Shown here piece by piece: positions 13,025 to 23,999 of a stretch of DNA of 64,000 bases. Below the pieces are notes generated by a model, which saw only the letters and a list, made by a program, of their open reading frames with translations, had not been told where the DNA came from and did not search any database. Both the position numbers and the translations under genes were made by a program. The stretch's first letter is position 1. The number at the start of each line of letters is the position of its first letter. The stretch comes from Neophaeotheca triangularis (Eukaryota). The DNA is taken from positions 310,001 to 374,000 of the forward strand of contig BAAIJX010000001.1 of the NCBI GenBank assembly GCA_054600435.1, given 5' to 3'.

Positions 13025-14243
13025 CGTGGATGTCGTCGGTCTGAGGGTGTTTGCGGCCGAGTGACAACTAATGCGATTGGTATGCTTTGATGTTCTTTTG
13101 CTGGTATGTGATCGGTTAGTTGACTTCTAATGCTTCGACCTGGCACTGCGTATACCTTGTAGATTGCTGAAGGCTGTAGCAAGGCTAATCTATCTGTCGG
13201 ATGTATGCGCGGTGAAGAGCATTGAGCGTTTGGGTTGATGGCAGGAAAGGCGCAAAGATATCGACACCAACCGGTAACCCAAGAAGCAACTGAAAAGAAG
13301 CAGGTGCACGTCGTCGCGCGGCAATGGCGTCCTTGAGGTGGTTGTAGGCGTAACTCTAGGAGATGGACAGGCAATTGTTCTTGCCAACTTCCAGTATACT
13401 ATCCCCAGCTGTATGCTTCGAATTGTCGGACAATACCTACCTTGTCGAAAAGCAATTGAAACGCCTACAAGCAGGGTGAGAGATATGATCCTGGGCCCCT
13501 ACATACCTTCTGCCCGTGTCGGTCAGGAGGGATTTGCCGACACGACGGACATTGTCCATCTCGGTGGAGTCTTGGTGGAGTAAGTCGTCGAGTCTGGTAC
13601 CTGCACGTAGGGCAAGATCGCAGAATCTGTTCTGATTGGATATTTGCAACAAAGTGCAAAGCTTGGCGAGACTTGAGAAGCCGAGGGTTCGACAGCAGGG
13701 GGAAAAGTACGAGGCTTGATAACATTTAGCTATCATTGGCGCCACTATCAAGCTCCAGAGGTTGCAGTGCCAGTCAGCTTTAGGTAGGTTGCAAGATTAT
13801 ACATAAAAGTTATTGACGTTTTGCTTGTCCTTATGGGCGAGCTTCTGGCATGGTGACATCGAATAAGGTATACAGCCAGTTGTATGCGTCATGCCTCGTA
13901 CGCAACCTCAATTGCATGCTATCACGCTTATCTCCAGCTACCTCAAGTCTCTCAGCTCCGAACCCTCGTCCCGTCCCAGCAACATTTGAGCGCCGAGCAA
14001 AAAGCTAGAGCCGAGGGCCGAATCCAAGAGATGCCTGCCGTGCCCTCGTATTATCCGTAGCGTTTCAGTGGGCGAGCAAGATGTAGTACTGCAATGGTCG
14101 GATGCAGCGTACGTCCTTCGCTGTACTCTGTAGCTGTGCAAATGTTGCTTAGAGCAGCCATGGCTTTTAGAGCTCGTAGGTTCTTGCGTAGTAGTAAACT
14201 CGCGGTCTCCGTCATATTGGTGTGATGATCCGCGTTGACCTCT

Positions 14244-14845
14244 TCAGGTAGCGACCTCGAAATCATCATCCACCTTCGGTTCGGCCGCCTCTTTACTCGC
14301 ACCCACTGCAGCCTGAATCTGCCTCTCAGGTACCGGCATAGTCGCATCTCTAACCTCCACATCTTCCATAGCTTTGACGTCTTTTTCAGGTTCATCGCCC
14401 TCGCCTTCTTCCGTCACCACTTCATCCTTATGCACGCCATCTTTACTCGAAGCAACGCCGGCCTCCTCGTTCAAATCTTCCCATGCCGCCCGTCTAGCAA
14501 AGACCTTGCCCGCCCGTCGCTTGCTGTCTAGCACTTTCTTCTCCAACTTGTCGACATTCGCATCCGCCTTCTCCATGGCTCTCTGACGTCGCAATTTTTG
14601 CTGGCTGCTTTCTTGCTTTCCCTTCTTCTTCTTGCCAACTCCAGCGTTTTGTGCATTATGGAGCCATGGTTTATAGTCCGTTTCCTGCGCAGGGGGTTTC
14701 ACCGCAACGTCTGAGGAGGGATCTGCACCTTTGCGAGCGGCGCGGGAGTGAATCGAGACCTCTGAGAGATGTTTAGCATTTTCCCCGCTACGCTACTGCT
14801 GGATGAATAATTACCTCGCTTCTTTACCTTTGGTGTCTTGCCCAT
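14244..14845 (-). CDS. ALB1: Alb1-family 60S ribosome biogenesis factor; intron 14762-14814
   Basis: MGKTPKVKKR-EVSIHSRAAR N-terminus, QQKLRRQRAMEKA...DKLEKKV...RRAAWEDLN core and acidic tail. Confidence 0.8.
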
Positions 14846-15093
14846 TGCGCTTGATTGACGGTGTAGGCAGAAGTGATAACTCGACGGACGAGATTTATTT
14901 CACATGCAGAAAGCTACCGTTCAGCGAAGACAGTGCCAAGATTCCAACTCCCGGATTGGCATATGCTCGCTTTCCGTCATCCGTTTGCGCCTTCACCCAA
15001 ACATCGTCGGCGACACACAACACTGGCTTTACCTTTTCCTCGCCCCCTCTCGTTCTCAGATGAGACGAGCAGCTCCCGCTTCCCGCGACAGTT

Positions 15094-17220
15094 ATGGATC
15101 TTAACTACCTCACGGGCATTAACGACCAGGACAACACCATCCGCGCAGCCACCAAGCTAGCCGGCTTCATCTTCGCCTCCATCTACTGCCTCTACCAGCT
15201 AGCTGTCTATTTTGATTTCTCACTACTTGCGCCGCAAGAATTACTCTGGAATGGTCTCGTGCGCGCTCTGCCCGCGCGCCTCCTACTGGACTCTTCCAAG
15301 CGACAAGAGCTGCAAGCGAACGACATGCTGAGCCAAATTCACGCAGCAAAGAGCGAGGCCTTGAGAAAAGCGTTTGGGATCGGCGGCAACTCCTTCTTCC
15401 AGAGCTTGCCCAACATTCCGGGCGAGGGAATCATGCGGCGCGCGAGCATGCTTGCGCCAAAGAAGATTACTAGTGATGCGCCGCCTGGCCTGGGAAACTG
15501 GGACAACTCCTGCTATCAGAATAGCGTGCTCCAAGGCCTAGCTGCGTTGGACTCTCTTCCTCAGTTTCTGACGCGTGGTAGTGAATCGTTGGATGATGGG
15601 ACGGGACGGAACTTGTCAGAGCTGGTCGCAAAGCTACAGAACCCGGAGAACAATGGAAGGCATATCTGGACCCCTGCGAAGCTCAAGAATATGAGCAGCT
15701 GGCAGCAGCAAGACGCGCAGGAGTATTTCTCGAAGGTTATGGATGAGTTGGACAAGGAGGTGGCCAAAAGCGCAGCTGCAGAAGGAGAAGACGCGGGATT
15801 GGAGGACGCAGTCAACGAGCGCCGATCAGAGGAAGATGAGAGCGATGCAATTGCGGAAGAAGGAGAACATACGAAGAAAAGGAACCCTTTGGAAGGCCTG
15901 CTAGCGCAAAGGGTGGCTTGCACAAGATGCGGATTCACGGAGGGCTTGTCGATGATTCCCTTCAATTGTTTGACGGTACCTCTGGGGTCTGCTGCATCCT
16001 ATGATGTTGGTGATTGTCTGGACGAGTACACTGGGCTCGAAGAGATCAGTGACGTTGAATGCGCCAAGTGCACGCTATTGAAGACGGACAGCCATTTGAA
16101 GAAGATGCTGGCCCAGCCACAAATTGCGCCTGCGGAGAATCCTGAGACCCCGTCGCAACCCGAGAAGATGTCGTCCTTACCACCTGAGCTCCGGGAGATG
16201 GTTGCGAAGCGTTTGCACGCCGTTGAGAGCGCGATCGAGAACGATGACTTTGCGGACAAAACCTTGAGCGAAGCTTGCCAGATAAGTAAGAAGGCCCACG
16301 TTTCCAGCACCAAAACAAGGCAAGCTGTCATTGGTCGCGCGCCCCGGAGCCTCGCCATTCACGTCAATCGAAGCGTATTCGATGAGATGACGGGAGCGCA
16401 AAGGAAGAATTATGCATCCGTTAGATACCCAGCGGTGCTAGATCTACGACCTTGGATGCTAGGTGGAGGCCAACAAATGAATAGTCGTGGCGAGGCTTTG
16501 GAGGCGTGGCGGACAGATGCGAAAACGTCGATGCTCAGTGCTGTTGATTCGAGTGCGCAAGACCACCATTTCCGATACCACTTGAAGGCAGTAGTGACAC
16601 ACTACGGCCGGCATGAGAATGGGCATTACATTTGCTACCGGAAGCACGTCGTACACTCGCCGCTCAAGGAAGACACACGAGAGCCCGAGCCCGAGGACGA
16701 CAGTCCTGATGTTCCTGGACAGGAAGTTGCGGAAAGATGGTGGAGACTAAGCGATGAGGACGTGAGCCCAGTTTCGGAAACGGATGTGCTCGGGCAAGGC
16801 GGAGTCTTCATGTTATTCTATGAGCGGACAATACCCGGGCGGCCACAACCGAGCCAAGGAGAACCCGTTGCGGTGGGCGAGGGAGAGACCAACAGCCTGG
16901 GCGAGCGCGAAAGAGAATCGATTCCACTGGATCAAACTGATGAGAAGTCGCAGACAGCTTCACAGGCCCCTCACCCAGTATCAGCTGTCAAATTTGCTGA
17001 GCCAATTAGCAGTGCGTCTTCGGGCAATAGCATTCCGACACCTGAAACAACTACTGACGGCGAGTCTGAGCTGGATGAGCAAACAACTGAGCCCTCAAAA
17101 CCAGTACCTGCGCCGGTCATGCGGACGTCGAGTCACGAAACAGGAACCAACGGAAAGGCAAAAGGCAGGAGTGGCAGCAGTAGCTTTGCAGGAGGCTTTA
17201 GGCCGATGGCAGCGACGTAA
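15094..17220 (+). CDS. USP (C19) ubiquitin C-terminal hydrolase with N-terminal membrane anchor (Ubp1/Ubp16/USP30-like)
   Basis: Cys box GLGNWDNSCYQNSVLQ, QQQDAQEY, His box VVTHYGRHENGHYICY, WWRLSDEDV and MLFYE. Confidence 0.93.
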   Translation: MDLNYLTGINDQDNTIRAATKLAGFIFASIYCLYQLAVYFDFSLLAPQELLWNGLVRALPARLLLDSSKRQELQANDMLSQIHAAKSEALRKAFGIGGNSFFQSLPNIPGEGIMRRASMLAPKKITSDAPPGLGNWDNSCYQNSVLQGLAALDSLPQFLTRGSESLDDGTGRNLSELVAKLQNPENNGRHIWTPAKLKNMSSWQQQDAQEYFSKVMDELDKEVAKSAAAEGEDAGLEDAVNERRSEEDESDAIAEEGEHTKKRNPLEGLLAQRVACTRCGFTEGLSMIPFNCLTVPLGSAASYDVGDCLDEYTGLEEISDVECAKCTLLKTDSHLKKMLAQPQIAPAENPETPSQPEKMSSLPPELREMVAKRLHAVESAIENDDFADKTLSEACQISKKAHVSSTKTRQAVIGRAPRSLAIHVNRSVFDEMTGAQRKNYASVRYPAVLDLRPWMLGGGQQMNSRGEALEAWRTDAKTSMLSAVDSSAQDHHFRYHLKAVVTHYGRHENGHYICYRKHVVHSPLKEDTREPEPEDDSPDVPGQEVAERWWRLSDEDVSPVSETDVLGQGGVFMLFYERTIPGRPQPSQGEPVAVGEGETNSLGERERESIPLDQTDEKSQTASQAPHPVSAVKFAEPISSASSGNSIPTPETTTDGESELDEQTTEPSKPVPAPVMRTSSHETGTNGKAKGRSGSSSFAGGFRPMAAT

Positions 17221-17596
17221 TGAGTGAATGAGCAGAAGATGATCGACCGTGTGATAATTGAATACAGCTCGTACATCTTTGTGATTCACGGTTACTGCAC
17301 GCCTGCGCGATTCTCCTCGTTGCTGACGAATGAAGCGATTGACTGGCTTCATTCCATCTGTACGAGGTACTACGAACCAACAAGCCTGGTCCTCAACATC
17401 TCAAAAGCGTGTTATCCCCTACGTAAATAGTATGAGCTTCTTTTTCCATTCTACTATTTTGACACTGATAGTACAATGGTATCCCCTGATAGCAATCTTC
17501 CCTTTAACGCCGCCCAAATGCACGAATTCTAGGGGGCTTTTGGCGCTTCGCCGCAAAGTCTTCCCCTGTCTTCATGTCAAATGCATCTCTCGGACA

Positions 17597-18062
17597 TCAG
17601 ACTTTGAAAGGCGTTCCATGGAACCCATCCCAGATACCTCTCACACTCTCGTTCGAGCTCTTGACCGGCTTTGTGACCCTCTTGAGCTTCTCGCCACTAG
17701 CCTCCTTCAGCAACACTGCCTTGCCCAGAATCTCGTTTGCCTCCATATTCCTCACGCATATCGCCTTTTCCCTGCCGTTCATGTATTTGCCGCGGATGAC
17801 AGGGTGCTTGCCGGGTCGAGGCGAGACTGTGATTTCGATGCCCGGGTTGCGTTTCGCGAAGGTTTTCAGGTGCGAGGTGAGAAAGGCGTTCATGCCCCTG
17901 CTGCTACCGGCCCAGTCGCAGTAGTGGAAGTCGAGGCGGCGGCATTGTAGGATGAAGGCGCCTACGCCGTTCTTTTGGACATTAGCTGTGATCGGAGATA
18001 ATGGGCGGATGCTGTGTACACACCTGAGGCTGTGCTATCGTCCGGAGCGCTTGCAAAGGCAT
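17597..18062 (-). CDS. MRPL51: Mitochondrial large ribosomal subunit protein mL43/L51; intron 17972-18023
   Basis: MPLQALRTIAQPQ|NGVGAFILQCRRLDFHYCDWAGSSRGMNAF ... SVRGIW; canonical intron. Confidence 0.9.
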
Positions 18063-18484
18063 CTTGACATGCTCGGATGAAGTCCTGTCGGTGCGCCGCG
18101 CTTGAGAGTCTGTCTGGACAGTCGGACATGTTCCAGGGTTAGGGCTGTTCACCGCACGGACCACGAGCGCTTTCCGCCATTGCGACTTCTCCCTGACCTC
18201 GACTTACACTCTCTCTACTACCTCCACCTTATCCACTCCACCACCGATACACACTCACGTGTCCACACTCACTTCATCCACAACTCTGTTGAGTGAATCT
18301 CAACAACCGCCACGAGTAACGAATACTGCTACCACCAGACCGCGGGCATCGCAACGCGCCGAACAGGGTCGCACTCGCGCCCGCAATACTAGCTCCATAC
18401 TAATCTGCTTTATTCACTTCAGTGGCTGGTCGTCCCGACAGATCTACTATCCCAAGCGCCCTCATCAACGGGAGATTCGCCAAT

Positions 18485-19691
18485 ATGACGGACAAGCTAC
18501 CGCACAACCTGCTGCAGCTCTTTGCGCCGCGCCCGGCCCTCCGTTACCTGCCTAACGGCGACTTCGATACCTCGTCGCGCAAGACTGCCCACATCAGCGG
18601 CGTCGCGCAATTTCTACCTGCTGCCGAGGAGAATGCCCAAGTCCCCTACAATCCCGCTGAGTCCTGGCTCGAAGCGCGCGACCGCAAAATGCTCGAGAAG
18701 AAGGAGCACCAGGAATACCTACAGAATGATGGTTTCGCCAAGGAGTTCAAACCTTCCCAAGATCCCAAGATCCGTGGCGACGCCTTCCGCACTCTCTTCG
18801 TCAGCCGTCTAGACTACAAGACCGATACAGCGGATCTGCAGCACGAGTTTGGCAAATATGGCCCCATTGAGCGCATCCGCATCGTCACCAACACGGGCGA
18901 GTCCGAAACCAAGAAGAAGGGTAAGCCGCGCGGCTACGCGTTTGTTGTGTACGAGAACGAGAAAGACATGAAGGGTAAGATATGACCCCCTCTTTTTACC
19001 TCCAATTAAAGGTAAGCCCTGCTTACACTAATCCTCTCTGGTCACAGAGGCGTACAAGCACACCGACAACCTCAAAATAAGGAACCGCAACGTCCTTGTG
19101 GATGTCGAACGTGGCCGTACGGTAGCTGGCTGGCGTCCTCGTCGCTTCGGTGGTGGGCTTGGCGGCCGTCACTACACAAAGGCGCCAAGCGCCAAGCCAG
19201 GCTTCGGTGGGCCTCCTATGGGTCCAGGTGGCTTCCGTGGCGGCTTCGGTGGTGGCTTCCGTGGGCGAGGTGGCTTCGACGGTGGTTTCCGTGGTGGTAG
19301 AGGCGGCTTCCGTGGCGGTGATCGTGGCGGATATGGTGGACGTGGTGGGCACGGCGGTGATCGTGGGGGCTATGGTGGTGGCCGGGGCGGTATTGGTTAC
19401 CAGAGCGGCGATGGTCCGCCTGGCCCGCGTGGCCCGCCTGGTGGCGGTTACGGTGGAGGTGGCCGCGGCGGGTATGGCGGTGGAGGAGGCTCGCGCTACG
19501 ATGACCGCGGCTACGGCGGAGGCGGTGGAAGATCCAACGCCAACATGGAACCACTGCCACCACGAGGCGGAGGCTACCGTGATCGCGACGCTGGTGGCAT
19601 GGGTGGTGGGTATCAACCTGGATCAAAGCGCTCCTACGACGGTGACGGACCAGGTGGGTATGACGACAGCAGGTCTCGCAGACGCTACTAG
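18485..19691 (+). CDS. SNP1: U1 snRNP 70K protein; intron 18975-19047
   Basis: [18 protein letters not shown]-terminus, RRM ([16 protein letters not shown]), [23 protein letters not shown] and RGG tail. Splicing gives MK-EAYK. Confidence 0.95.
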
Positions 19692-21481
19692 CGTGCTGTG
19701 ATCTATACTCGGCTACAAACGGCGATGACTTTCTCGAAGACACAAGGAAAACCGGACGTCAACATGGGCCGGAGCCTCGAGAAAACGGCAAGAAAGTCTA
19801 AAATGAAAGACCCCGGCAGCACCCGGACACCATTCTACGGTAGCCAGCCCCCTACCCAACCCAACCGCTGGATTATTGAACCCGGCCAAATAGCGAAAGG
19901 AAACCTCGCGTTGAGAGAATAAGATAGAGCAAGCACAACGGTGAGTCGGACTACCTCCTAAGGGTAAGCACCGGCTCTACGGCAACTGCAAGCGATCACG
20001 AAGGCTTTCGGAGGCGGTATGGGTCAGAGAGCTATGGGAGGCTCCGTGTTTTTCTTTGCTGCGTGCGTACTGTATTATTAGGTATGGACCGAGCGTGGCG
20101 TTTACGCGCTGTTGCTAGGGTAAGTGTGTAGCCTTACTGATGTTCTCCCTTCAGTGCACTTGTTCTTGAGTTACAGAGTGTTCAGGCAGAATAGTGGGAG
20201 TGGGCAAGGGAGGGGGGCCTTTATCCCGCGCGTCCTCTGTTGCCGATACCAATACTAGTTTGCGAGCATTACTGTGTAACAGCGTAGCCACGATGTCATT
20301 CTTCACCTCGACGTCAACAGTTGCTGCATGTCGCTACCAATCTCCTCTGGCGAGAAAGATGCAACGAATTTTGCCCCACGGCAGATATGACCATGCGTGA
20401 CCTTCCCTCACATGCCGTACCTCAAGATCGGTGTCGATCAGAAAATGTCCACGTCGATGGCTGGTGGAGAACGTCACGTGATAAGCCAACGCATCTGTCT
20501 AGTCAAAAGACCCGCGATCAGCATCCCCCGTACATGCTTTGTGCTGCGGCTTTAGCCCAGCTCTTAGTGCCCAAGTGCCCATGCAACCAATAATCGAATA
20601 GCTCTCGTGTCAGTGCGCCAGGTTTCTCAACGGAGGGGTCGTTTGCTGCCGGTGGAAGACTTACACCTCTTTGACAGTGTTTCGATGTAGGACCGGAGTC
20701 GCGGACTACTGAAAGTTTCTAATAATCAACAGAGTGGGCTGCTTCTACATGAAGCAAGCGCAATAATACAACAGTTGTCCGGCAGCTATAGGGAGTTAAT
20801 TACTCAGGCGGCGGCCTTGATTTACAGTGCGTATGAGAGGTAGTTTGCTCACGCCACCCAGAGAACGATCAACGGAAGAGGGAGGGAGGGGCAGAAGTCT
20901 TCTATGCTTGAATTTTCGAAGACGTACATCTATGGTTATTTTGAGAGTACAAGCAAGAACAAGAAATGGCTGTATAGTTGGTAGTATGCAAGGCGAAGTA
21001 TCGGTCTTGTTATTGAGAGTCACCTTCAATTTTTTGTTCACACGCATTGACATGAAGAAAGCTGTCGAGAAAGCGGGTACTTTCTTTGCTTGCTCAACCC
21101 TTCTTGCGTACAGAAGAGCCCAAGACTTGTACAGCCTTCCCCTGAGGCACAGAAGCGTGATGATCGAACGGTCATGGCGTGGGGTCTGTAGTCAGGGCGG
21201 GCAGACATCAGCCGTGCGGAAATTGGGACAAGACATTGTCAAATGTGTCGAATACTGCTACATAAAGGCATTCGTTCAACTATGGGCTGCTCGAGCAAGA
21301 TTCGCGTTGAGAGCGAGCATGGCTTTGCAGACCCAAGCATACAAGAAAACCGCAGCCTCAGTCAATGCACCCACGTACGCCGCTCCATTGCCGTTCGTGA
21401 CGATCGTGTGTGGTATCGCTCCCTCCGTGTGAAAAACTCCGATGTGAAACATAGCCATACGCCTTATGTGAGTTGTCGTGC

Positions 21482-23341
21482 CTAGACAAGCCCCTTGCCC
21501 TTCTTCTGACCCTCCTTCTTTGTCACTTTCACTGACGTCTTCAACGTGGGCTTAGGAGAGTGGGCCTTCTTTGCTTGCGGATCGACGACATCGTTGCGGT
21601 TGGAGGCGCGTTTGCTGTCCTGCTCTTTCCTACTAGAGATGATGCGGCGGCGCAGATCGTTCTTCCACTCCTGCTCGGACATTACGGACTTCTTGGACGT
21701 TGGCGGCTGCCCGACGAATTTCTTGCGACACTCGGAGTAGAAGTTGGACACACCGTCCTGCATTCGGACTGAAAGGTCCTTGCGATTAGTGACAGATTTG
21801 GTACGCTTCGGTGTGGTCTTCAAGCCCATCAGCGAAACCAGGGCTTGAGCGCGCTTAGTGGATCGCTTGAACTTCTCCCGTCCGTTGTTGGCAGCTCGGC
21901 TGCCCAAGTTTCGGTTGTATTCTGAAACGTCGCGGCCGATGCGGGCCAGCTTGTCAGCGATGAGCGAAAGGGACTTTGAACCGGCTTGGGAAGTACTGCG
22001 AACCGCGCCCGCTGCAATCATGGCCGCGTCGGACAAGCCGCTACCAGCGTGTTGAAACATGGCCCTCGTAACGCTCGTGGTAGCGAGCATGACCGCGGTA
22101 ACTTCGTTGAGAATTGTGTCCCGCATGCCAAACATAAAAGCAACATCCTTAGCCATGTGAGTGGATAGTTCAGTGCTGGCCTGTTGGTAAACCTGGCGGT
22201 ATATCATATGAGTACCGAAGTTGTGCTCCAGCGTGGAGTTAAAGGTAGGGTTCTTCATAGTGAGATCAACTTTGACGCGGCCATGGCAATCTTTCTTGTC
22301 AAGCGTCAAGGCGTAAACTCCATCAATCAGTTTCGTCGAATTGATCGGAATTTGCGACACGCCCCTGTGAGCATTGACAGTGAGAGGAGTTGGGTACCAC
22401 ATTCGAGACATCTGTGGGAGAGACATGAAGAACGAGCAATCCGCTGCCTCGTACGTCACCTCCTTAGGCGTTGAAGTGTTTTGACCGTAGGCATTCATCG
22501 TTAGGTGAGTGACGTTCAAAATGTCAGCGAGCTCGGGGTTGTCTCCAAAGTCGTTGAGCGACGACGTCAGATCGTAGGCACGATTCGTTTGACCGAAGGC
22601 AATCATAGGAAAGAGACTGAAAGTGAGAGACACGGCCAGGGAGACGAAGAGCAGGACAGCGCCGATGATGGATGGATAACCCACGCCGTAGCTCAAGCTA
22701 CCCTTGTTGACCTTGCTATGGGTCTCAGTGTTGGCGAGCTTATTGGAGGATGGCTGGGAAAGCGTAAGTCGGTGGAACATGGATTGACGGGGTGTCTCGA
22801 GGTCATCCGAGTCCATGCTGCGGACCAGGCCCTTGTCACCTTCATCGTTGGTAGGCGAAGTCGCAGCACTCCTAGCCTGGATGGCAGCAAGAGAGCCGTG
22901 GAAGTCGAATGCGAGCTTATCGGCACTCTCCTGGCCAGCTTCTTCCTCATCTGGAGTGTTGATGCCCTCAGTCTCGTGCTCGGTTGACGTCAAGCTGATG
23001 GTGTCTTGATCGTCGTCGACGTCGCTCCCGACTTCAGAGTGGACATCATCAACCATGTCGTACTCGCTCTCGATGGGGCTAGTGACCGCCATGCTGATCG
23101 AGGCACGCCTTGCGGCGGGCAGGCGAACAACGTTGACGTAGTCAGCGTCTTTGACAGCTTCGTCGATGGTGCCGACGGAGACTGGTGGAGCAGGGAACTT
23201 GAAGTTCTGGTCGAGCGAAGGGGTGGACTTGTGCGCCTTGTGAAGGCTGTTTGCGGTTAGCGCGGGTGTGGGTATGGGATCGACCTCGTCGGTGTTGTCG
23301 TTGCTCCCACCGTAACCGGCTTGGTTCTTGTCGGAGTGCAT
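21482..23341 (-). CDS. Hypothetical single-pass membrane protein with acidic N-terminal half
   Basis: Open frame of about 620 codons from ATG at 23341; TM IIGAVLLFVSLAVSLTFSLF; N-glycosylation sequons after the TM; basic C-terminus. Confidence 0.75.
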   Translation of the reverse strand: MHSDKNQAGYGGSNDNTDEVDPIPTPALTANSLHKAHKSTPSLDQNFKFPAPPVSVGTIDEAVKDADYVNVVRLPAARRASISMAVTSPIESEYDMVDDVHSEVGSDVDDDQDTISLTSTEHETEGINTPDEEEAGQESADKLAFDFHGSLAAIQARSAATSPTNDEGDKGLVRSMDSDDLETPRQSMFHRLTLSQPSSNKLANTETHSKVNKGSLSYGVGYPSIIGAVLLFVSLAVSLTFSLFPMIAFGQTNRAYDLTSSLNDFGDNPELADILNVTHLTMNAYGQNTSTPKEVTYEAADCSFFMSLPQMSRMWYPTPLTVNAHRGVSQIPINSTKLIDGVYALTLDKKDCHGRVKVDLTMKNPTFNSTLEHNFGTHMIYRQVYQQASTELSTHMAKDVAFMFGMRDTILNEVTAVMLATTSVTRAMFQHAGSGLSDAAMIAAGAVRSTSQAGSKSLSLIADKLARIGRDVSEYNRNLGSRAANNGREKFKRSTKRAQALVSLMGLKTTPKRTKSVTNRKDLSVRMQDGVSNFYSECRKKFVGQPPTSKKSVMSEQEWKNDLRRRIISSRKEQDSKRASNRNDVVDPQAKKAHSPKPTLKTSVKVTKKEGQKKGKGLV

Positions 23342-23999
23342 GGCGACGAAGTGAGGTGGGTGAGAGATGCTTGATGTGGATGCTTGAATAGAGGCGAGAA
23401 GACGTGTCAAGCGCCAGAGCGATTTCCCAGGCTCGACACGTGTCGCGAGTGTGTTGTAGAGGTGAGGAGGTGAAGGAGGGTGTCGAGTAGGAGGAGGTAG
23501 GACAGGAGAGAGCTCTGGCTTTCAGGCAACGACAGCTGCGGGGCAGGGAGACGACTTACGCAGATGTGGCCTCAGGCAGGAAGCTGGTGGGAAGCGTGAT
23601 AGCTGGGGTAGAAGTGAAGCATGAGAAGTGAAGACAGAAGAAGAAGAAACGAGACGAGAGGTTGGTGAGGTGAAGTTGCTGACGAGGTATCCGTCCATCA
23701 ATTATAGGGCAGGCAGTCTAGTGAGGTAAAGGTAGAAGGTGGTGGGGTTTACCCCAGACGGTCACCGATAAGCTCCCGTCATTGTCGGGAGATAAGCGTG
23801 GGCGGCCTGTGCCTTGCCGAAAGTAACCCGTCACCACCTAACACTACCTAGGTACCTTCGATTACAAGTAGTAGTACCTCCTGCCTCGAGCTCGACAAGT
23901 TGCCTACAACTACAACCTGTAGTCGTTAATAACACGCGCCGACTCTCGCAAGAACTAGCACGCATATCCGAATCCATTTCTCTGTCGTACGATGGATGG

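Noticed and set aside
13100..14200. Possible small gene between the KRE1-like gene and ALB1
   Set aside because: Only short ORFs, mostly with non-ATG starts, and no recognisable domain.
20796..21432. 201-aa plus-strand ORF
   Set aside because: No recognisable motif or coding bias; likely 3' region of the neighbouring minus-strand gene.
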